DNA from: Rhodothermales bacterium
GTDB lineage: Bacteria; Bacteroidota; Rhodothermia; Rhodothermales; VXPQ01
Length of the DNA stretch: 29,610 nt
Assembly: GCA_040904565.1 (NCBI GenBank)
Contig: JBBDTI010000058.1
Coordinates: 1-29,610, forward strand
Reading direction: 5' to 3'
A model generated the notes under the pieces. It saw only the letters and a program-made list of their open reading frames with translations, was not told the origin of the DNA and ran no database searches. Numbering within the stretch: the first letter of the stretch is position 1; each line of letters begins with the position of its first letter. Shown piece by piece: positions 17,789 through 25,304 of this stretch. The position numbers and the translations under genes were made by a program.

Positions 17789-18817
17789 ATGAAGACCGTG
17801 ACCTTCGGAGAGATCATGCTCCGGCTATCCCCGCCGGGATACCGCCGTTTCATTCAGGCGCAGTCGTTCGACGTCACGTACGGCGGTGGCGAGGCCAACG
17901 TGGCCGTCGCGCTCGCCAATTACGGGTTCGACAGTCATTTCCTTTCCAAGATACCTCGCCACGAGATCGGCCAGGCCTGCGTCAACCATCTCCGGCGTTT
18001 CGGCGTGTCCGACCGCTTCATCGTGCGCGGCGGCGACCGGTTGGGGTTGTACTACCTGGAGACGGGGGCGAGCCAGCGCGGATCCAAGGTGATCTACGAT
18101 CGGGCGGAGAGTGCCGTAACGACGATGACGCCTGAAGAGGCAGACCTTGACGCGGTGTTCGATGGGGCCGCGTGGTTTCACTGGACGGGGATTACCCCGG
18201 CGCTGGGTGAGCAGCCGCGCCGGACGCTCGTCGCAGCCTGCAAGGCAGCGAAGGCGGCCGGCGCCCGCGTGAGCTGCGACCTGAACTTCCGTGCGAAATT
18301 GTGGACCGAGAAGGAAGCACAATCCGTGATGCAGCCCCTGATGAAGTACGTGGACGTCTGCATCGCCAATGAAGAGGATGCCGAGAAAAGTCTCGGTTTC
18401 ACGGCCGGCTCGTCGGACGTCGAGTCGGCGGCGCTCGACGAGGCGGCCTATTTCCAGCTGGCCCGGCAGCTCAAGACGGAATACGGATTCGACGCCGTTG
18501 CCATTACGCTGCGGGAAAGCTTCTCGGCATCCGTCAACGGATGGAGCGCCGTGCTGCACGACGAGCGGGAATGCGCCGAGCCGCGGCGTTCCTCGCGCTA
18601 CGAGATTCAGCTGGTCGACCGGGTCGGCGGTGGAGATTCGTTTGCATCCGGTCTCATCGCGGGCCTCCTCACCAAAGACGATACCCGCGAAGCGCTCGAG
18701 TTCGCCGTGGCGGCCTCCTGCCTCAAGCAGACGATTCCCGGCGATTTCAACCTTGTTTCGACGGCGGAGGTGGAGAAGCTGGCAACGGGTTCGGGATCTG
18801 GACGTGTCGAGCGATAA
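17789..18817 (+). CDS. kdgK: PfkB family sugar kinase, 2-dehydro-3-deoxygluconokinase-like
   Basis: MKTVTFGEIMLRLSP, YGGGEANVA, GASQRGSKVIYDRA, SCDLNFRAKLW, IANEEDA, DRVGGGDSFASG and KQTIPGDFN. The likely true start is ATG 17789. Confidence 0.9.
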   Translation: MKTVTFGEIMLRLSPPGYRRFIQAQSFDVTYGGGEANVAVALANYGFDSHFLSKIPRHEIGQACVNHLRRFGVSDRFIVRGGDRLGLYYLETGASQRGSKVIYDRAESAVTTMTPEEADLDAVFDGAAWFHWTGITPALGEQPRRTLVAACKAAKAAGARVSCDLNFRAKLWTEKEAQSVMQPLMKYVDVCIANEEDAEKSLGFTAGSSDVESAALDEAAYFQLARQLKTEYGFDAVAITLRESFSASVNGWSAVLHDERECAEPRRSSRYEIQLVDRVGGGDSFASGLIAGLLTKDDTREALEFAVAASCLKQTIPGDFNLVSTAEVEKLATGSGSGRVER

Positions 18818-18884
18818 ACGGATGGACGAAGCGGCGTCAGCACGAGAGCGAATCCGCGATGAACGCCGGTAAGCGTGAAAGGTC

Positions 18885-19679
18885 TCAGATGTTTTCAAGC
18901 CCCAGTCGCTGGGCCAGCTCGTCGCGTCGCCCGCGGCTGACCTTCAGCCGCTGCCCGTTCTTGAGGGTTATCGCGTAATCTCCGCCCGGAGCGTGGTGCA
19001 GCGACTCGATGAGATTCAGACGAACGATGGTCGAACGGTGTATCCGGAAAAAATCGGCGGGATTGAGGCGCTCTTCGAGCGTCTGCATCTGTTCGCGGAT
19101 GAGAAACGTATTTTCATCCGTGTGCAGCTCCGCATACGGACCGCTCGCTGAGATGTAATCGATCTGTTCGACGGGTACGACGCGCACCTTGCCCCGCATA
19201 TCCACGGCAACCCGCTCCAGATACGGCTGCTGAGCTTTCTCTACCTCGTCGTCATCTCGAAATAAAGCCAGCAGGCGATCCTTCACCGCGTCGACCTCTT
19301 TGAGACGCAGCGTCTTTTTAGCGCGTTCGTACGCCTGCTCGAAGCGTTCGTCGTCGAACGGCTTCAAAAGGTAGTCGACCGCAGCCACGTCGAACGCACG
19401 CAACGCATAGCGGTCGTACGCCGTCACGAAGATCGTCAACGGCATGTCTTCCGCGCCGACCTCCTCGACGACCTCCAATCCCGTCTTACGAGGCATCTGC
19501 ACGTCGAGAAAGACGAGATCTATCTCCTCGTCCCGAAGCACGGCGACCGCATCGGCGCCGTTATCGATCTGATCCACGATGACGGCTTCGGGATACGGAG
19601 ACAGCAGATCCTCCAGCCGTTGGCGGGCCAGCGGCTCGTCGTCGACGATGAGGATGCGAAGGTCGTCGTTCTTAGGCAT
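18885..19679 (-). CDS. LytTR family two-component response regulator
   Basis: Receiver domain ILIVDDEPLAR...FLDVQMP...FVTAYD...DYLLKPF and LytTR domain FFRIHRSTIV...KVSR. Its start overlaps the kinase stop codon. Confidence 0.96.
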   Translation of the reverse strand: MPKNDDLRILIVDDEPLARQRLEDLLSPYPEAVIVDQIDNGADAVAVLRDEEIDLVFLDVQMPRKTGLEVVEEVGAEDMPLTIFVTAYDRYALRAFDVAAVDYLLKPFDDERFEQAYERAKKTLRLKEVDAVKDRLLALFRDDDEVEKAQQPYLERVAVDMRGKVRVVPVEQIDYISASGPYAELHTDENTFLIREQMQTLEERLNPADFFRIHRSTIVRLNLIESLHHAPGGDYAITLKNGQRLKVSRGRRDELAQRLGLENI

Positions 19680-20862
19680 TCGTGTCGATGTCTGCGGTGT
19701 CGGTCCGTTTCGCAGCTGGAATATCCGCACGTGTATGATACGGAAGGACGACCTCGGCCACGAGCCCGCCACCCTCCGGACTCATGAACGAAAGCTCGAA
19801 GGCGCCACCATACAGTTCTTCAAGCCGTTCACGTGTATTCCTGAGGCCGAATCCGCGGTCTTCCTCGGGGATGGAATCGCCTTCCAGGCCCGGACCATTG
19901 TCTGCGATGCTTACGATGAGGCGATCGTTCTCTCGTCGTGCACGGATGCTGACGCGACCGATGCCCCGTACCTTGGATGCCCCGTGTTTTATGGCATTTT
20001 CGACGATGGGCTGGAGGATGAGGTTCGGGATGAGGGCGTCGACCACATCGGGAGCAATATCCTTCTTCACGTCAAGTCGGTCCTGAAAGCGGATACGCTG
20101 AATCTCGAGGTATCGGTCGAGGAAATTGATTTCCTGTTGGAGCGGGACCTCGGTCTCCGTTCCGTCTTCCAGAGTGTAGCGCAGCAGCTCGCTGAGCCGG
20201 GCGAGCATGCGCCGTACACCCTGGGGATCGCGCTCGACGAGCGAGGAGACGGCGTGGAGCGTGTTGAAGAGAAAATGCGGATTGATCTGCATCCGAAGGG
20301 CCTGAAGACGCGCTTCCGAAAGCTGGGCCTGCAGGCGGTCGGCTTGTGCCCGCAGCTCCATCGTTTCCTTCTGACGGGCCTGGTATCGGATGAAAAACTC
20401 TCTGGCAAAACCGGCGGCCAGCACGGCCGCATACGTGATCAGCTCGTTGAAAAACCAGAAGCTCGTCAGCGCGCGCAGGGGATCGAACGGCATGGGCCGA
20501 TCGAAAAACGTGAGCCGAATCGCGTCGTCGTACAGATCGACGGAAATCGCCACGATCAGTGCCGCCGCGACGTGCAGAGGTACTCGTGCCATCCAGTTGT
20601 CCCGTTCTACGTTGAAGCGGCCGGCAAACCAGAAGATGAGCGGGGTCAGAAACGCCCACAGGTAGTAATTGATGAACACCGGTCCGGCCTCACGCAGGGC
20701 CTCGGCCGTGGTCTGGTCGGGATTGAAGGGGTCGATGACCCGGCCGCCGGCCGTCAGTACGGCGAGCAGCGTCCAGAAACCGAAGATCGCAGCGGCCTCC
20801 AGCCAGATATTCCGGCGTCGATCCGCGGGGGTATCGGAGATGTCGTGCGCCGCTCCGGTCAT
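19672..20862 (-). CDS. LytS/YehU-type membrane sensor histidine kinase
   Basis: About four N-terminal TM segments, then LRMQINPHFLFNTLH, LQPIVENAIKHG, IADNGPG and GFGLRNTRERL. Start placed at ATG 20862 (uncertain). Confidence 0.94.
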   Translation of the reverse strand: MTGAAHDISDTPADRRRNIWLEAAAIFGFWTLLAVLTAGGRVIDPFNPDQTTAEALREAGPVFINYYLWAFLTPLIFWFAGRFNVERDNWMARVPLHVAAALIVAISVDLYDDAIRLTFFDRPMPFDPLRALTSFWFFNELITYAAVLAAGFAREFFIRYQARQKETMELRAQADRLQAQLSEARLQALRMQINPHFLFNTLHAVSSLVERDPQGVRRMLARLSELLRYTLEDGTETEVPLQQEINFLDRYLEIQRIRFQDRLDVKKDIAPDVVDALIPNLILQPIVENAIKHGASKVRGIGRVSIRARRENDRLIVSIADNGPGLEGDSIPEEDRGFGLRNTRERLEELYGGAFELSFMSPEGGGLVAEVVLPYHTRADIPAAKRTDTADIDTNA

Positions 20863-21244
20863 GAAAGGTTCGCGAGTAAATAGTTCAGAAGATGTCCATG
20901 CGCTCGGGTCGTCAAAATACGCGAACGTCGTGCAGATCCGATGCATTTCGTGACGGGCCCGTGCACTTCGGCTTACACCCCGCGTCTTGTCGGGAAAACT
21001 TACATAGAACAGGCTTCTTGTGTTCGATTTTATCGAACGCTGCCGCACACCTTTCGCGTCAGATCGATGAATAATTCCTGCAGACGGCAATCGTTCATCC
21101 TGCTGTGAATGGCCTAGGTCGAAACCCCGGCGCGGCACTGAATCGGGCGAAGGCGACTTCTACGGCGATTAGGCGTTTTTCCCTCCAGTGCCGTAGGTTG
21201 GGGTAAAGTACGCGTCGTCCTACACTCACCATCGTCAGGGACCC

Positions 21245-22612
21245 ATGGGGAACACCGATCTCGATCGTCGTCGATTTCTTGCCACCGGAGGAGCAGCTGC
21301 CGCCGGCGCCGTGCTTGGCAGTACGTCACAGCGGTCTTACGCTTCGAGACGCCGCTCGTCCAATAAGATCCGCCTCGCGCTCGTCGGCACGGGCATCCGG
21401 GGCACGAGCATGTGGGGACGCGACGTCGTCCGGAATTATAGCGACGTAGCGGAGTTCGTCGGATTGAGCGACATCAACCCGGGACGGCTCGAATACGGCA
21501 GGGAATATATCGGCGCGGACTGCCCGACCTACGTCGATTTCGACCAGATGATGCGCGAGCAGGAACCGGACATGCTCATCGTCACGACGATGGATTCCAC
21601 CCATCACGAGTTCATCATCAAAGGGCTCGAAGCGGGTGCAGATGTGGTGACAGAGAAGCCGATGACGACGGACGACGTTAAGTGCCGCGCCATCCTTGAT
21701 GCGGAGCGCCGCTCCGGGAAGAAGGTTATCGTGACGTTCAACTACCGCTATTCGCCGAATCGGGCACGTATGAAGGAAATGCTCATGAACGGCCGTATCG
21801 GCGAGGTTACGTCCGTCGATTTTCACTGGTACCTCGACATCTACCACGGCGCATCGTATTTCCGACGCTGGCACGGCCAGCGCGAGTACGGCGGAACGCT
21901 GCTCGTGCACAAGGCGACCCACCATTTCGATCTCATGAACTGGTGGCTCGATTCAGAGCCGGAGACCGTCTACGCACAGGGTGCTCTCGAGCACTACGGT
22001 ACCAACAATCCGTTTCGATCCACGAACTGCCGCGGGTGTCCCCACCAGGACCGATGTGATTTCTATATGGACATCACCCAGAACCAGCGGCTCATGGATC
22101 TTTACGTGGCGCACGAAGAGCACGACGGATATCTGCGCGACGGATGCTTGTGGCGGGAGGATATCAACATCTACGACAAGATGGGCGTGCAGGCCCGTTA
22201 TGCCAACGGCGTGCAGCTCACCTACTCGCTGACGACGTATTCCCCTTATGAGGGGTATCGTATCGCGTTCAACGGGACGGAAGGACGTCTCGAGGCCTGG
22301 ATCAAGGAACGGCAGCCGTGGGAGGCGGAGGACTACGACGAGATCCGCGTGACGGATAATTTCGGAGAGACGGAGCTGATTCGCATCTCACACGCCGGAG
22401 GTGGACACGGCGGAGGGGACGTGCGGCTGATGGACCGTGTTTTTCGTGAACCCGATGCCCCGGACCCGCTGCAGCAGTCGGCCGGCTCGCGCGACGGGGC
22501 GATGTCGATCCTTCTAGGTATCGCCGCACGGAAGAGCATCGAGACCGGTCAACCTGTCAATGTGGCGTCGCTGACCGACCTTCAGCCGCGGGCCGTCCGG
22601 CCGCGCGGTTAA
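21245..22612 (+). CDS. Gfo/Idh/MocA family oxidoreductase (YteT-like), Tat-exported
   Basis: Tat motif DRRRFL, then ALVGTGIRG, VTEKPM, VTFNYRY, HGASYFRRWH, LLVHKATHHFD and GGHGGGD. Confidence 0.93.
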   Translation: MGNTDLDRRRFLATGGAAAAGAVLGSTSQRSYASRRRSSNKIRLALVGTGIRGTSMWGRDVVRNYSDVAEFVGLSDINPGRLEYGREYIGADCPTYVDFDQMMREQEPDMLIVTTMDSTHHEFIIKGLEAGADVVTEKPMTTDDVKCRAILDAERRSGKKVIVTFNYRYSPNRARMKEMLMNGRIGEVTSVDFHWYLDIYHGASYFRRWHGQREYGGTLLVHKATHHFDLMNWWLDSEPETVYAQGALEHYGTNNPFRSTNCRGCPHQDRCDFYMDITQNQRLMDLYVAHEEHDGYLRDGCLWREDINIYDKMGVQARYANGVQLTYSLTTYSPYEGYRIAFNGTEGRLEAWIKERQPWEAEDYDEIRVTDNFGETELIRISHAGGGHGGGDVRLMDRVFREPDAPDPLQQSAGSRDGAMSILLGIAARKSIETGQPVNVASLTDLQPRAVRPRG

Positions 22613-22643
22613 AACCGATCCTTCAGCCTCGGGCCGCCCGGCC

Positions 22644-23459
22644 CTATACGCCGCTGAACGCGGAGAATCCGCCGTCAACCGGTACGACGATGCCGGAGAC
22701 GAACGAGGACGCTTCACTGCTGAGCCAGACGAGGGTACCGACAAGCTCTTCCGCCTTGCCGAACCGGCCCATCGGCGTATGATCGATGATGGTCTGGCCG
22801 CGATCCGTCAGCGTCTCATCCTCATTGAGCAGCAGATCACGATTTTGCTCGCCGATGAAGAAGCCCGGCGCGATCGCGTTGACGCGGAGGCCGTCTCCGT
22901 AAGTGCGTGCAAGCTCGACGGACATCCACCGGGTGAAGTTCTCCACCGAGGCCTTGGCCGCCGAGTAGCCGATGACGCGGGTCAGTGTCCGGTCGGCCGC
23001 CATTGACGACACATTTACGATCGATCCGCTGCCGGCTTTCGACATCACCTCACCGAACACCTGCGTCGGGAGAATCGTACCGATCAGGTTGAGATCGAAC
23101 ACGCGCCGGAATGCCGCCTCGGATAGATTGAAGATACTGTCGCCGGGCTTGAGCGTCGCCGCGTCCACGTTCCCTCCGGCGCCGTTCACAAGAATGTCGA
23201 TGCGACCGAAGCGGTCGAGTACGGCGTCTCGCACGTCCATCAGTTGATTCTTCTGGAGTACATCGGCCGTGACGCTCATAGCCGTCCCGCCGGAGGCCCT
23301 GATATCCCCGGCCACGTTGTCTACACGCTCCTGATTGCGAGCCAGGACGACGACGGTCGCGCCCGCTTCGGCAAGTCCGCGGCAGAATTCGGTCCCGAGG
23401 GCGCCCGATCCACCGGTGACGACGGCGACGCGGCCGGAGAGATTAAACAGATTGTCCAT
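22644..23459 (-). CDS. uxuB: SDR family oxidoreductase, D-mannonate oxidoreductase (fructuronate reductase)-like
   Basis: TGGSGALG, DILVNGAGGN, NVSSM, YSAAKA (YxxxK), NAIAPGFF, IIDHTPMGRFG and the C-terminal VDGGFSAFSGV are typical of SDR-type UxuB. Start ATG 23459. Confidence 0.85.
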   Translation of the reverse strand: MDNLFNLSGRVAVVTGGSGALGTEFCRGLAEAGATVVVLARNQERVDNVAGDIRASGGTAMSVTADVLQKNQLMDVRDAVLDRFGRIDILVNGAGGNVDAATLKPGDSIFNLSEAAFRRVFDLNLIGTILPTQVFGEVMSKAGSGSIVNVSSMAADRTLTRVIGYSAAKASVENFTRWMSVELARTYGDGLRVNAIAPGFFIGEQNRDLLLNEDETLTDRGQTIIDHTPMGRFGKAEELVGTLVWLSSEASSFVSGIVVPVDGGFSAFSGV

Positions 23460-23777
23460 GTCGAATAGGTATGTTCTGGCTCCATCGAATTGATAATCGG
23501 TTCTCCAAACGTAGGCTCGGACGGCGGAGAGTTGCAATGGCGGGCGCGTATTACTCTGCGAGTCTTCACGTTGGAGTTCCGGAGCGCATGGTGATGGCTC
23601 CCCAAACGCTCACGTTTCTTACGGCATGCCCCGAGGAACGCGTTAGCGTATATCGAGCGGCGGCGGGACGCGTACCCGCGATGCCCGCTTCGATATCATT
23701 CCTCGCGATCGGCGTAAACGTGCGCGGCTGGTTCCATTGCGCGCCATGTCGTTTATTCTAGCTCACACGAGTATGGA

Positions 23778-25298
23778 ATGAACGAGACCAGGCAACGAGG
23801 CGGAAGAATGGGATCACACATGGACGCGGATAAGGAAACGGGAACGGCAGTGCGTCTCGGTGCGAACGGTCGCGGGGCGGAGCCCGTCACCCTCGGCGTC
23901 GTCGTCGGCAATCGGGGCTTCTTCCCCGATCACCTTTGCGAGGCGGGACGGCGTTCGATCCTCGATCTGCTGGAACGGGAGGGGATCCGGGTGATCGTCA
24001 CACCGGCGGATGCGACGAACAACGGTGCCATCGAGAGCCTCCAGGAGGCTCGGATGTGTGCCGATCTGTTCAAGGAGCATCGTGACGAGATCGCCGGCGT
24101 CCTGGTGACCCTGCCCAATTTCGGCGACGAGCGCGCCGTCGCCAACACACTTCGGTGGGCCGGGCTCGACGTACCCGTGCTGATCCACGCCTTTCAGGAT
24201 ACGGCCGCCGACATGTCGCTTTCCAACCGGCGCGACAGCTTCTGCGGCAAGATGTCCGTCTGCAACAACCTGCGCCAGTACGGGATCAAGTTTTCTCTCA
24301 CGTCAAAACACACCATGGACCCGGAGAGCGATGCGTTCGTGCGGGACCTCCGCCGGTTTGCATCCACCTGCCGCGTCATCCGATCCCTCAAAAACCTTCG
24401 ACTGGGACAGATCGGTGCGCGTCCGGCCGCCTTCAACACCGTTCGCTACAGCGAAAAACTCCTCGAACGGGCCGGCATCTCCGTCGAGACGCTCGACCTG
24501 TCGGAGCTTCTCGGGTGGATTCGCCGCCTGGGCGACGACGAACAGCCCGTAACTGAGAAGATCGCGGAGATGCGGGCGTACACGCGGGTCGACGGCATTC
24601 CGCAAGAAAGCCTGCTGAAGATGGCCAAGCTGGGCGTTTGCATCGACCGGTTCATGGAGGATCAGGGATTGTCGGCGACGGCGATCCAGTGCTGGACGTC
24701 GCTGGAGGAATTCTACGGGGTCGTGCCGTGCACGGCGATGAGTATGATGAGCGACCGGCTGATGGCGAGCGCCTGCGAGGCCGACATCGCCGGGACGCTG
24801 AGCATGTTCGTGCTTCAGGAGGCGGCCCGCGTTCCCGCCGCGCTGCTGGACTGGAACAATAACTACGGCGACGATCCCGATAAGGGCGTCGTGTTTCACT
24901 GTTCGAACCTGCCCAAGGCGTTCTTCTTCGAAAGCGGCGAGGATGCTCACCGGATGGATTTTCAGGAGATCATCGCCGGGTCGGTCGGGAAGGAGAACAC
25001 CTACGGGACCATCGTGGGCCGCGTAGCTCCCGGGCCCTTTACCTTCTCGCGGATATCGACCGACGATCTCGAAGGACGTATCCGTGCCTACGTGGGAGAG
25101 GGTACCTTCACGGAAGACGAACTGCACACCTTCGGCGGCTACGGAGTTTTTCACGTGGAGAACATGCAGGCGCTGCTCCGCCATATCTGCGAGAACGGAT
25201 TCGAGCATCACGTGGCTGCCACCAGAGCGACGGTGGCCGAGAGCGTCCGAGAGGCGCTGGGCAACTACATGGAGTGGGACGTCTACCATCACGCGTAG
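23778..25298 (+). CDS. L-fucose/L-arabinose isomerase (FucI-like) family sugar isomerase
   Basis: GNRGFFP, LPNFGDE, RRDSFCGK and AIQCW, with likely metal ligands in ACEAD (Glu), LLDWNN (Asp) and FEHHV (His). Start could be 23778, 23808 or 23820. Confidence 0.88.
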   Translation: MNETRQRGGRMGSHMDADKETGTAVRLGANGRGAEPVTLGVVVGNRGFFPDHLCEAGRRSILDLLEREGIRVIVTPADATNNGAIESLQEARMCADLFKEHRDEIAGVLVTLPNFGDERAVANTLRWAGLDVPVLIHAFQDTAADMSLSNRRDSFCGKMSVCNNLRQYGIKFSLTSKHTMDPESDAFVRDLRRFASTCRVIRSLKNLRLGQIGARPAAFNTVRYSEKLLERAGISVETLDLSELLGWIRRLGDDEQPVTEKIAEMRAYTRVDGIPQESLLKMAKLGVCIDRFMEDQGLSATAIQCWTSLEEFYGVVPCTAMSMMSDRLMASACEADIAGTLSMFVLQEAARVPAALLDWNNNYGDDPDKGVVFHCSNLPKAFFFESGEDAHRMDFQEIIAGSVGKENTYGTIVGRVAPGPFTFSRISTDDLEGRIRAYVGEGTFTEDELHTFGGYGVFHVENMQALLRHICENGFEHHVAATRATVAESVREALGNYMEWDVYHHA

Positions 25299-25304
25299 CG
25301 GATC

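Noticed and set aside
18808-18884. Possible LytTR direct-repeat site (cgttcatcgc / cgtttatcgc on the minus strand) downstream of the regulator
   Set aside because: The copies are about 45 nt apart rather than about two helical turns, and the site lies between convergent genes with no promoter to control.
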